The translations under genes and the position numbers were made by a program. The notes beneath the pieces were generated by a model, which was given only the letters and a program-made list of their open reading frames with translations, did not search any database and was not told the DNA's origin. Positions 44,809 through 57,755 of a DNA stretch of 64,000 nucleotides are shown here, piece after piece. Position 1 is the first letter of the stretch. The number at the start of each line of letters is the position of its first letter. This DNA is from Bigelowiella natans CCMP2755 (Eukaryota; Protista; Cercozoa), in NCBI GenBank assembly GCA_000320545.1, contig ADNK01000041.1, forward strand, positions 33,061 to 97,060, written 5' to 3'.

Positions 44809-45599
44809 TCTGTTTTCTCTTTCTCTATCTTGTATGTATGCGCATGTAGGCGACACTGACAGCTCCATCGTGAGTGAGAAATCATTGCCAATCGTCAGGC
44901 ACTGTGCTAAGCTCCTGAACACTGATCATGTAGTAGCTACCTATACACACCCCAATACCCTCTCCTACGTTGCCCATGGTCCACTTCACGATATCTCTAA
45001 AACTTGATATAGAAACATCTTTATCCTATGGAAACCTAAACTCTCTCTCTCACTCACTCACACACTCTATTCCGACTCCTCACTACTTTTACACACTAAT
45101 AGAAAGCACTTGCTGACGCATTGACGACGAATTATGCGACCATAAAAGGCGAGTTGATAAAGGTTGTAGAGGTGGTGGTTGGTGTGTGCTCCCTGCTAAT
45201 GTGACAAAATCAATGAACTTGCCAGAGAAAACTTCCAGGCTTTCCTCATAGTCATTAATAAAAGCAATGACTGATGAAATAATCCGCAAATTCGCAAATT
45301 TTCTCCTTAAAAACATAACAAGAGAACAAGAGCCTCTCCTTCTTGTCCCCCCTTACGTTTGCAGAAGACGCAAGGAAAAGCCAAGAGTGAAATGTCACGT
45401 GACGCCCTCGCAAAGGCCCTCTACCATTCGCTCTTCTCATGGCTGGTGGCACGGCTATCCCGCAGCCTCCACCCCCCCGGAGACCTCGATCTCTACAACC
45501 ACGTCGGGGTGGGTACTGCTACCTACAATTGCTATTATCGCGTATGTAAGGAGTGTGATGCTTATTGTATGCCTCCTGCCTCATCCTAGTTCTCCTATT

Positions 45600-45635
<36 letters not shown>

Positions 45636-46377
45636 TTTCTCTTTTCCTTGCTTCGACTAGGTCTTAGATATCTTTGGTTTCGAGGATTTTCTCGATGAGA
45701 ATTATTTCGAGCAGCTGTGCATCAACTATGCTAATGAGCGCCTTCAGAAGAACTTCAACACACACGTCTTCGGTAAGACCCAGCAGCCTGAGTTCTCGCC
45801 GTTAGTGTGGCGGATTATTAAAATTTGTAACCGACGCATACGGCCGATATTACACATTAAATATACAATCGAAGAACAGGTTGCAACGATGGCCTCTGCA
45901 TCTGACCCTCCTCCTCCTCCTCCTCCTCCTCCTCCTCCTTCTCCAACTACTACTGCTGCTACATACTACTACTTTCAGAGGAGGAACTAAAGCTTTATAA
46001 GGCAGAGAACGTGCCAGAAGATTTGCTGAGGCGTATAGCCGTGGACAGCCCTAACAACAAGCGCACGTGTGATTTGCTCAAAAAGATGACAGAGATTCTC
46101 AACGAGTGCTCTAACAGGAACCCAATGCCAGATCTTCGCGAATGTTTCATCTCCGGGAAGCTCGACGAGAGCTTCGGATATTCCAGCGATGAGGGTAAAT
46201 CCGCTGCGCCATTCGAACTGAGCTCCTTCCGTGAGTTCTTCGTTATCAACCACTACGCTGGGCGTGTCGAGTATCGCTATGAGGACATGCTGGCACGCAA
46301 CAACGACGAGCTGAAGCTGTCTCTACGGAGGGCTGCCCAAGCGTCGAAATCGAGGTTTGATGCTAGTGGTAGTAGTT

Positions 46378-46408
<31 letters not shown>

Positions 46409-49400
46409 AGGTGGTGCTGGTGCCACCGCCACTTCGAAATCAGATATAGTGAGAGCGTGGACGATGATTGATTGCTGTTTCATAGCTACCTTCTTTTAAT
46501 ATCTCATACCCGAACCGCTACTACTACTACTGCTACTGCTACTACCATTAGTGCTTCTACTACTACTCCTACTCAAACTACAACTACTCCACACCATCAG
46601 ATTTGTCTCTCAGCTGCTGGGCGACCGCGGAAGAGATTCTTCATTATCCGCCAGCAAGAAAAGACAGAAGAAAAAGAAGCAGCCGCAGCAGCGCGGCAAG
46701 AAAAACAGCTCCATTATCTCGTCGTTCAGCAACTCACTAAAGAAGCTCTTCGCCAAGCTGAGCAACGCCCAGCTACACTATGTGCGTTGTCTGAAACCCA
46801 ACTCCCTGAAACGCGCGGGCCTTTTCCAAACCTCCAAGGTTCTGGAGCAGATGAAGTGTGCAGGGCTGTTTGATGCTGTCAAAATCCGCAAGAATGGGTT
46901 TCCTTTCCGCGTCCCCATTGCTAAATTCCTTAGAAACTATGGATCAGTAGTCGCCGTGAGCACAGACGAGCAAGAAGAGAAACATGGGAACAAAGCAACT
47001 ACCGCACTGAAGACAGGAGGGGAGAATGAAGGAGGAAGTAGTCGGCAAAAGCACGATTGGGAGGAGGAGGAGGAGGAGAAGGAGAAGCACATATCCCGCG
47101 CAAAGATGCTGATTCAGAAGATTGGCGCTGCTGCTGTTCAGGGAAAGCAGAAGCAGTGGTCCATCCTAGATGTCAAGCAGGGCCATGTGTTTGTTGGAAC
47201 AACATCTGTGCTGATGCACACCGAGTACTGGAATGCTCTCAATGCTCTGAGACAGGAGAAAATGAAGGAGCGGTTTGTAGAGGCGATAGAATCACGCGCC
47301 ATCCCGAAGTTGGAAGCCGTCGTTCGCAAGGCCATGGAGCTCGATATGCACTTTGCCGAAGCAGTATCTGCCAGGCGCATGCTGGAGTTCTTGCGTCGTG
47401 AGGAGTACTGCATCCTGACAGAGATACCCAACCTTCTCAAGCTGGTCGACGTGAACTTCTTCGTCTCTGAACGCGCCGGGATGAAGGATGCGTTGACGGT
47501 GAGCATGGCGCCCATATCGAGCTACTTGCATGCCAACACGCTCGAAAGCTACTTCGCGACCGGTGGCAAGAAGCTGCAGGCGGCCTGGCAGGTGCTCAAG
47601 TCTCATGAAACAACGCTCCGTGGCTTCGGAGAATTCGAGAAGCGCGTGAGCAAGGTAGTCAATAGAAGGCAGGAGACGCAGATAACGTCTATGGCTACTC
47701 TCGGTGCGGAGCTCGATGACATTATCCAGACCGCTGGGAATCTACCCCCTCGCTTGCAGGAGAAGATCGCTGACAATATCGAAGCCGCGAAGCGTCTTCG
47801 CGCCTACCTTGAGAAGTGCAGGGAGCTGATCACCAAGCTGCAGGACGGTAGCGAGAAGGCTTACGACCTGATTGACGATGTTGTCGAAACGCCGGAGGAT
47901 CTTGAAGCGATTCTGATTGCCACTGACGCACTCACCGCTGTGGAGGACATGCTCAACGGACTAGCGCGAGAGCCTTTTGCGCAAATGGTGAGCCTGCGGG
48001 AACTTGACAAGGCCATCGTCGCCATTACCCGTGAGAACGGATACATGAAAATGAAAATCCACTGCATCAGGAACATCAACACCCTCCTCCAGGAAGTCAA
48101 GCGCCTCTCCTCCAGTGACAATCGGTAGGTCATTATGACAGCGTATCGAATATTTGTGGTACTTATCGAACAACAGGTGTCGTAGCTGTAGCTCTCTCTC
48201 TCTCTCTCTCTCTCTCTTTGTGTTTGTGTGTGTGTGTGTGTGTGTACGCATCGATTTCTATCTCTCCATCTCTTTCCTCTGTTATTGGTTGCCAGAGGGT
48301 AGCTCTGTTTGCCGCCCTCCTCACCTCCCACCACAGACTTGATGATCTACTTTGTGCTGCAGCTGCTGTCGTTTCCGGAATAGCTAACAACAATACTGCG
48401 CATGTCGCTACACTCGCAGGTACTTCGAGTCAATGAGTGACGAGACACTGCGGCGTGTTCTTGAGGTGAAGGTGGACATCGAGGAGATGCGCGGCGCGGG
48501 TAAGCTAGAGCGTGGAGTCAATGCGTGCGCAGTGAAAGCCGTACGGAGGTGGGCTCGAGAGTGGATATCTCACTCTGCCACTGCGAGCATGAGCGAGAGT
48601 GCGGAGGATGGTGATGATGACATCCCGGCTAATATCCGTCACTTGCAAGGCTTCAAGGCGTGGTTGCTTAACCTGAACCTACCGAAGGATTTTGGAATCG
48701 CCGAGGTAGTTCAGGATGCCGATGCGAAGATCGGCGAGCTCACAAAGCATTGTAGGAGGGTGATCGTAGGGAAGAAGAAGAAGAAGAAGAAGCTGGGAGG
48801 AGCAGGAAAGAGAAGGGGGACAGTAACGGTCATCGGCGGAGAGGAAAAGCACGGGGGGGTGAAAAAGCTTGAGACTGATGACAACAAGGGCGACGACGAT
48901 CTGTATGTCCCCAGTCCTCGGCGCGGCAAGAATAAGACTATCGTTGTACCACTAACACGCACTTCTTCGCAAATCTTCGGCGAACAGAAAAGCGCCCTGC
49001 ACAACGACCGTCGCCATCGCTTGCAGGATCAGGTAAGATGGGAGCCGATTATTGTGTGAATGCGGATGATGACTGCGTTTTCCCGATAGTATGATGTTGC
49101 AGTGCAGAAACACCTAAATGTTGCGTCCTCGCATGATAATTATGACGAATGGTTTTCGGAGGGAATTAGTTCTGGATACATGCAAAACCCCACGCCGTAC
49201 ATGCGGGAACACGTTGAAATTTGGCCATGTTTTGCCTTCCTCATAAAAAGGCCGACAAGCTGGTAAAACAGCTTCTTCCGATCCAGAGAGAATTGGAGCT
49301 GACGGCGGTGCGTCTGGACCAAATCGATGCCGAAGAAAATGACAATCCGCAGCTCCTCAACTCTAAGCGTCACCTTCCTATGTCGAGAATCTACATCCGT

Positions 49401-50234
49401 GCGATGCGAAACGCACTTAACGAGGGAGATATTCAGGTGTGTGTGTGGGAGGGGGGGACGGGGGTGAGGATCGTGGGCGTTTATGTTGTATGGAAGAAAA
49501 TGCTTTCAAGTACATATTTTGCAGCACTAAATAAGTTGAGAATACATTAAGGCTATGTTTGAAATAAGAAACATCAGTTCGACTACATGCACACGATAGA
49601 TACAGGCGCGTACAGCTCTCATCCACATTTTCTCCTGTTTCCGAAAAAAGCATCATCGTTTGTTCCGTGAAACAGACTCGTCACTATGATACTTTTTTCT
49701 CAGGACATGTCGGACATTTACAAGCAGCTGCGAGCACTGAAAACAAGGATCCCTGCAGACATCGAGACTCCCGCATCTTTAGTGTACGCAAGGCTGTCTA
49801 AATTCGGATCGGGATCAGATAGAAAACAGATGGATGCTGCTGTAGGTGATGCGTACCGCGATTTGTACATGTATTTCCGCAAGGTTGGTATGCAGCACAT
49901 AGCTCTCAAATATTGCTGTCTTTATCGGGAAGCACATCGTGCTGTTTTTGGTGACACGGACAGGATGCACAGCAACGAATACCAAATAAGTACAGAAAAC
50001 AGTCTTTCCAAAACTAGAGGGCATCAAAGATCGGCGGCGTATCACTTTGATGATGACAGTGACGATGAGAAGAAGGTATCTGAACGCTCACTTTCCTCTG
50101 AGCACAATGATGGTGCAGAAAGTACCCGGGAAACGAAGAAGAAGACGAAGAAGAAGAAGAAGAAGAAGAAGAGTAAAGGTGAGAAAGGCAAATTCATAGG
50201 CTTGACCCTCAGTCGTATTCTTCGTCGTCGTTGA
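41864..50234 (+). CDS. Divergent unconventional myosin with N-terminal extension and helical tail
   Basis: [23 protein letters not shown] (P-loop), [73 protein letters not shown] and GFPFR. The last exon ends at 50234. The start is approximate. Confidence 0.92.
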
Positions 50235-51902
50235 CAGCATAGTGAGAGTTACTTCCTAGTTCCTTGTTGGCCAAGAGTTGCACATCCACTTGGTCGTGTT
50301 GCAACAGTTTAGAATTGTCCAGATTTTTATATTTTGAGTTGATCCTCATCAACTCTGAGTACAAATTCAACTACTCTAGAACTGTTGATGCTTTTCTGAC
50401 TTGTACCTCAACGTAAGAGATCAATTTTGTCTTTCTAGTTGTGCGAATGAGATGGAGCTTAGGTGTTTGTTCTAGGTGTTAGTCTTGCTAGCTTGTCTAG
50501 ATCTAGAGATATGCATGACTCGCAGCTCGTGGCATGCTAGCATGCTCCGCTACATCTACTCGTTCATTTAGTGGCAAAAATGCAGCACAAATCGAGCATT
50601 ATCTATATCTGCGATCGCAACAGCAAATCGATGTCTTGAGATGTTGGAAACTGGCCAAGTGAATCAATTGATCTTGTTGCACGATCAATGTTTGCATTTG
50701 TGTTTGCATGCTGCAGGTTGTCCTCAACGTGACGCTAGAACGTGCAGCTGTGCCTACTTGCCATTGCGATCAACACGTGCAATTGATGCACACAAGACGC
50801 CTTCTTCTTGCATTGATCGATTTGCAACTAGCGCTAGCTAGTCTAGATCACAGCGTCGCTGCCATGCTAGCATGCGAGCATGCTGCACGTTTTGTTGACG
50901 TTCTGGCAGCGTCAGTGCTAGCTAGCTAGAGTGGAGCTGCATGTAGCTACAGATGAGGCGTGCATGCACGCGCACGCTAGCACGCGCACATGACGACATC
51001 TGGACATCTGTCTCGATCTAGCCATGACACCTGCCTAGATGCGGCATTGTTAGCTGCACATGAATGGATTCGATGGCCGATCAGCGCTGTAGCTGCTGCA
51101 TTGCACAGCTCTAGAACTTCATGCACAAGCTAGCAAGCCATGGCTAGCTAGCAACAAGGATGGCCATTGAACAAATTCAATTGATCAATTCCATCCGTCT
51201 TGCATGATCTGCATCAGAAGCTACATGCTAGCTAGCATGCACATGCGGCGTCATGAGACAGCTAGCAAGCTAATGAATGATGAGCATGACATGACGACTA
51301 GATGACATCAAGACAGCTACTACGCTAGTACGCTAGCACGATCTTGTAGCTGCTCTGCAATGTGGCTAGCTAGCAATCCATCATCTGTCCATCAAGCTAG
51401 CTAGCTAGCTAGACTTAGACACAGCGCAGCAGGCTAGCAGGCTGGCGACCACATTGCACCAACAAAGATGCGATCGCGAGATGCTAGCTAGCTAGGATGC
51501 AAAATGCCATCTAGCTAGCCGTGCTGCATGCTGGCATGCAAGCATGTCTAGATGTGGTGACATTATACGTGCTAGCGTGGTGGTGTGCAGCTACGAACAT
51601 CTTCATTTTACTCACCACGAAGCGCATGCGATGCGTGTGTGAAACGCAAATCAATGCATTGTCACAAACAAAAAAAATGCTGCGCCACTAAAAACACATC
51701 CGCAGTGCTGTAGTCTAGTAGTGCTGAGCATGCTAGCACTAGAGCATGCAATGTTGACATTTAGTCGCTAACAATCTGGACACACATAGATGTACGCCAC
51801 TTGTTGGTAATCAGGTTCATCTTGTCAATAAATTTAATTGTTATATAATTCTAAAAAGTTTCCTGTGTCCGAAATCTACCTTCGAACAGTTAATGTCGAT
51901 AC
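50235..51902. other. Longest convergent spacer, saturated with CTAG/AGCT/TGCA/CATG
   Basis: Dozens of gctagc/gcatgc words; CATGCTAGCATG at 50533 and 50863; CATGTCTAGATGTG at 51543. Confidence 0.85.
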
Positions 51903-52757
51903 TTAGGCATGAAGTTTCCTTTTTCTATTTTCAATCAATTTCGTCTTGTGGCGTTTAGGTTTTGTACGACAATGTCCAGGATGTTTATAAGGACGGAGAC
52001 AGCCAGCTGTCCGCGTACACTCTTTTCCTGCATGCTTGTTATCTAAGTCTGCTAACCTTTTTTTTACGGCAGGTTTCAAGCGGACTTGAACTCTCCTGGC
52101 TTTTGCTTCGGTGTATACACATTCCCTCCCTAGTTTCTTGCACAACGAACAAGGTTTCCCGGCATCGCATTTAGTTTTGCGAGAGTGGCAAGAATCACAG
52201 GCCATTCGTGCTCTTCTTCTTCGCTTTGGTTTGTGCATATTAGATACCTCCCCAGAATCTAGGCTCGGAAGTGTTTTTTGAGGCGATATGTCGTCCTTGA
52301 GAAGAATAGAAGGGGAAACTTCTCGAAATGATAATTCTTTTACAAATGTCGGTTGAGCGCGTACCAACGCGTTGCTACCTAGGTTAAGAGGAGGTGGTGC
52401 ATTCTGATTCAAGTCTTCCAAATTTATCGTCAAAGGTGGAGATCCAAGGGCAGCGAGATTCAATGCAGCCAAAATCGTCTCATTTACATCTCTAGAATCT
52501 GATTTTGAGCTGTTTGAGTTATCTCCTTTCTCTAGGTGGTAGGAATCGTTCGATCCAAATAATCGAGAAAATAGTTCGTCTTGATTGTCGGCCAAAAGGT
52601 CGGATTTCAGGACTTCATCTTTCTTTTTGTTACTGATTGCCTCGTCGGGGCACTCGTAGAAGCCGTTAACCCACGATTTTCCTCCAAGTAGGTGATCTAT
52701 CTCCAGGCAGCCCTTCGAAGGTGAAGGGAGGTCCAGGAAGGAAGATAGCGGATCCAT
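51903..52757 (-). CDS. Zn(II)2Cys6 binuclear-cluster transcription factor, single 284-aa ORF
   Basis: RRRARMACDSCHSRKTKCDAGKPCSLCKKLGRECVY matches C-x2-C-x6-C-x5-C-x2-C-x6-C at 52119-52199. Confidence 0.9.
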   Translation of the reverse strand: MDPLSSFLDLPSPSKGCLEIDHLLGGKSWVNGFYECPDEAISNKKKDEVLKSDLLADNQDELFSRLFGSNDSYHLEKGDNSNSSKSDSRDVNETILAALNLAALGSPPLTINLEDLNQNAPPPLNLGSNALVRAQPTFVKELSFREVSPSILLKDDISPQKTLPSLDSGEVSNMHKPKRRRRARMACDSCHSRKTKCDAGKPCSLCKKLGRECVYTEAKARRVQVRLKPAVKKRLADLDNKHAGKECTRTAGCLRPYKHPGHCRTKPKRHKTKLIENRKRKLHA

Positions 52758-53159
52758 TGTTTTGTTGTTAATTGTCGTTCATCTCAATACGCCCTCATTT
52801 TTGGTTATTTTCGCACTCCTTCTTATCGATGCATGCAAAGTGGGTTCCGATTAAGACTATTATTGAGTAACAGACACAGGATTACCGGGACAAACTAAAG
52901 TATTAAGCAGTTTATGCTTTGAATTGTATATACGACAGTATTTATAGAGGCCATACCTACATTGGAAAAATTGAGAATTAGTGACAAGTCAGATCTGTAT
53001 TTCCTTTTTGTTGTACATTTTCTAGGACATTTTTTACGATCAATGTGATTTTTTGGCACATTGCATAAAAAAGGGTTTTCCAAACTGAATTCGTCTCTTC
53101 ATTTATATCTGGATACTGGATATATCTAACAAATTCGATTCGAGGATCTCCGGCCCCGG

Positions 53160-53207
53160 ATCTCGGGAGATCTCTTCGGAGATATCTCGGGAGATCTCTT
53201 CGGAGAT
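53160..53207. repeat. Perfect 2 x 24-bp tandem repeat ATCTCGGGAGATCTCTTCGGAGAT
   Basis: Units at 53160-53183 and 53184-53207 are identical. Confidence 0.92.
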
Positions 53208-53299
53208 CCATCGGGCCTGCACTACCGCGCAGCACAGATTGATGCACAAATTCAGGGTCGCCCAAATATGTATGTCGCATAGTGAAAATTCCCTTGATT

Positions 53300-55782
53300 T
53301 TCATTGGGGGAAACCGTGCGTGCTCATACAACAAACGCGAAGGGAGAATCATAAGGACAGCGTCCTCCCCGTCGAACAAACACCTTCAAGGATCAGGACC
53401 AGCATGAACAGGTCAGGGAAAGGTTCGATTCAGATCTTTGTTGGTCGTCGCCGTCAGCAACAAAGTGCCAGTCCTACGACCAAAGATGCTTTAGTTCTCA
53501 TCCAGCAACTTCCCAAGAAAAAGGTCTGCACATTGTGGAAAAATGCATGCACATCGGCGCATGTACAGATGTGCGACTTGGAAACAACATAGAATATCAA
53601 AGACTGATGAGAAACAAACAAATTTGCTCCAACACTCAACATGTGCATTTTTAGTAAAAAACATTTTGTACTGCATTGATGCATTGGTGTGCTACATTCT
53701 ATCTCAAACGTCACACTTTTTACCGATCGATTTCGTCCCGAGTAGAACATGTTTCCGAATAAAATAACAATTGTAGATTATTCGAGTCGTCACGCGATCA
53801 AAATTAGTTCTGGGAGAAACTATCGATGGGAAAGCGCGTCAAAATGTGGTTTGTTGCAATTTTCTGCCTTCTCTATTGTTTCATCTTATTTTGACCACAT
53901 CATACTGTCCACATACATATTTGATAGGAATTGAATAGGATGGCCAAGGAAATTGAAGATGAAGAGGCTAAAACGAAAGTATAACATAGTGTCAGTCTTC
54001 GAATCGTTGCGAAATCTTGAGAGTGTTGGATTGAAACTACTTATTCACTAATTCAGGTTCGTCTCAAAATTAATGGAATGATATACTTCAACCTTGAAGA
54101 TAGAGAAGTTGTGCAGGTATGTGTCGAAATAATTAAACAAATTTCCTCATAAACGGGTTTGAAAAAATGACAATTCTCTTGCAGGTACTAGAAGGAAAGC
54201 CCATTCGAATTCATGAGGCATTAAAACACATTGTCAGGGATGTTCGACACGACGACTTAATATTCGAATTAGGTTATGCAAACTCAATAGTGTTGTTATC
54301 TATGACTGAGTTTGAATGATCATGAATAGAGAAAAAGAAAGTAAAGAAACGATTTAAAAAATGGGGTTCTGCTTGGATCTCCAACACGCAGCAATGGAAG
54401 CTTGTGAGACTCATGTTACCAACGGAGGTCTTATTAAAATGACAAGTACGTGCAAGATTCTACAATCCTTTCTAAAAATATAGGAAGAATGGAAGAGATT
54501 AGCTGCAAACCTTGCTCGAAGTGCAGCTAATGTATCATACTCAAGGAACGATTCCCTTGCAATCGAGATGGAAGCAAGGCAGGTGGTCATGGAACACCTA
54601 GGCCCAGATTGCCGAAGAATATGGTTGAACTTTGGTCTTCAACTTGAATCTTCAAATAATATTTAAGTCATATATGTCTCTTATAATACAGGCAGCGTCG
54701 GGATTCTATGTGTTCAGCCTTGTTGTCAACTCAGGAATTGAGATATTTGCATGACCGACACGAAATAGTGATATTGATTTCACCCTCGGAAAGTGGGTAG
54801 TTGCTGCAACACTTACTGGAATCGTTTTGATAGGCGAAAAAGAAATTACAGGGAAACTTCATTGTGAAACGGAAACCAGGACTATTCTCTTGCTTTGATG
54901 CTGATGTTGAGGAGAAGGTAATCATTTGACTACATAATTCCATTATTCCAATAAACATTTATTCATATCTAGCTTGAGGTCAACCCGAAGTTTCGAGCTG
55001 CTGATAGAAAAAGGAACAAAGAACGTGGTCTTCATAGTCGTCGTGGAAGTGTAGTTAACGGCTCGGTGACTCGCTCTAATCGAGTTTCGATATCTAGATC
55101 CAGCGTGCTTGATGTTTTGAAGTATAAATTCTTGAATTCTACACATTTTAATCCTCTGAAGATTTGATTGTATATAGCGCGGAGGAAACCGGCTTTGTGG
55201 AGAATGTTATGGTATATCAAGAACAACTTGAAGCACTTAGGGAGGGTACAGATGAAATTGCTCCAAAATATGCCAAGGTATGTCATAATAGTTTCGTCCA
55301 TTCTGAGACTCGTTGATATTGTGAATCATTTTAATCATGAATTATATTTTGCATAAATCAAGGCTGGGGATGGAAAGCATGACAAATCCCTAAAAAGCTT
55401 ACCGAAATTTCCCATGAACGGTAGGGTTCGATATATTCATCATGGTTTAGCTGAGAGTGGTTTGATAAATTAGGCGCTAAATCAAATGACAGCCAAAAAT
55501 TTGACGGAAATATGAACAAAAACGAACTGAAGGGTAAGAACTTCAGAATAAATCAAAAAGTATTCTCTACAATTTTACCTCCCGTCCGAAAAAAATATAG
55601 GCGCTGGTAATCATTACACGGATAATGATGAAAATAATGAACGAGAGATTGGATCCAAAGGTATAACATGACTATCATGATTCAGACATACTAACTTCCT
55701 TGAACCCTACATAGGAACTCATTCCAGCCAACCACCTCCTCCACCGCCAGAAATACTACATTCAACCTCAAAATCGATAGAT
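53300..55782 (+). CDS. Multi-exon coding region of unknown function, probably the N-terminal extension of the B55-like gene
   Basis: A regular series of GT-AG-bounded open exons (MAKEIEDEEAKTK|VRLKINGMIYFNLEDREVVQ|VLEGKPIRIHEALKH.., LEVNPKFRAADRK.., AEETGFVENVMVYQEQLEALRE). The start is not resolved. Confidence 0.5.
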
Positions 55783-57712
55783 ATGAAAAAATCTTGGCAT
55801 CTAATTCAAGCGATCGGACCCGACGAAAGTATACTTTATCTTTCTATCATATTTCACCATAAATACAATTTCAATAGTGCATCTTCAATCAAATTTCCAG
55901 ATGCCGTAGCTGGTAGCACGAATCAAGATGATTACGTTACATCACTGCAACTGGATCCATCTGGGAATTATATTGCCATTGGTGACAGCCAGGTACAAAT
56001 TACTATATCAGATTGGTTTTGTATTAATGCTGAGTTAATCATTGCAGGGCAGAATCGGAATTTTTGATGCTTCGGAAAGCAATGGAGTACCTTTTAACTT
56101 TCAGCCAGTATCAATACCATTTTTTCTCCGTCTGACATCTCCTTTCCCTTGCAGGTAAATGATGATCCATACCAATTCTATGAAGAATTCGTTTCTCATC
56201 ATCCAGATTTTGACACCTTATACAGCAGGCGGTAAAATAGACTATTCACCATCTGACGTTGCTCTCTGACTTTTCTTAACTTCAGTATCCCGACAAATAT
56301 TATTGCTGTGGAATGGCTGAAAAAGTGAGGTGTTGCTCGAATACTTTCGATATTTTACAATTACTGATTTTATTAGAGAGAGCCGAAGTCTACATGTGCT
56401 CGCCACAAATGAAAAGACAATAAAGCTATGGAGGTATCTAGGTTTAAAAATCGGAATAAAGCAAATAGGATGTAACTTATGTTAGGTTAAAGGAAGTTCA
56501 TAAAGAGGGCCAACAAACAACAATTATACCCGTCTTATGTAATGACTTTTCGAAGGTATTTCATGAGGATTGTCTTCGATGATAATTTGATTATTCACTT
56601 ATCATTTTTTTAAAAAACATTCTTAGGGCCATCAAAGATTTTTCATCCATTCTCTGTCGGCAATATGGTTACACACTCGTTACATTCCCTAAAAAGGATC
56701 CTGGCTAAATTTAATATGCATCAGTGATGGAGAAATGTTTATTTCATCGGATGAACTAATGTTAAATCTATGGCATCTGGAAAGACCGGATTCGAGCTTC
56801 GCTTTGATAGACGAACTTCCTGAGGTTTTTGGAACATGTTTCATCCAATAATAGCTTTTAAAAATAAATATAAATTCCTGCTAGGATGACATGATCGAAG
56901 TAAATCGCATCATTACAAGTGCAAAGGCCGATCCGACACAATGTCATAGAATCTTGTATACAACAAGTGTAAATGAGGTTATCAAAATACAAGACAATGT
57001 TGCAGTGTTATGCTAACAGTTAAAATTATTATTTATTCGAAGGTGAACATCTGCGACTTACGTGCTCGATGCATGCAGAATAGACCAGCAATGCTGTTAC
57101 AAGCCCCCATAAAGTAAAGTTTTAACAAATTCTCTCAATCAACCATTTCTTTATGCTTGTTAAGGACGAACTTGTTTTGTATTGGGTGCCTTGTAACAGA
57201 GGGATGAACGCATCCATGGAAATTCAACGGGAGCTCCAATGCATCACTGATGCAGACTTCGCAAGAGATGGAAATGTAAGCACTTCTGAAGCAATGCATG
57301 ATGCATCAACTGATGATGTGTTATTGAATAGCAAATTGTGACTCGGAATTTTTCGAATGTTCGCTTATGGTAAGGACATTCTTATTAATTCGTCGAATAA
57401 CCTATTAAACTCATTCTGATACCCAACAAATTCTTAGGGATTTACGGAAACCAAGTCGTCCAACCAAAATGGTTGTATGATGCAGTAAATTATGGTGCAT
57501 CACCTAATATATTGTGTGGATCAGATGACTGTACATAATTACAACCCGGGATTGTTTTCGGATCTTTGCAGCAAGTATGTGTTCCTAAGTCTTAAATTAT
57601 TTCGTCATTTATTTGTTATGACTATGAATGTTTCCAGCGGATGTTTGGTCGATGACTTCCGTGTTGCCGTCAATAGTGACGCATCAGGGGTAACACACAC
57701 ACACATATATAG

Positions 57713-57755
<43 letters not shown>

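Noticed and set aside
50450-51800. Palindrome-rich spacers as CRISPR-like arrays or MITEs
   Set aside because: No constant repeat-spacer periodicity, terminal inverted repeats or target-site duplications were visible.
52978-53379. 133-aa minus-strand ORF containing DLRRDLPR repeats
   Set aside because: It starts at a non-ATG codon, has no recognisable family, and the repeat is simply the 24-bp DNA duplication.
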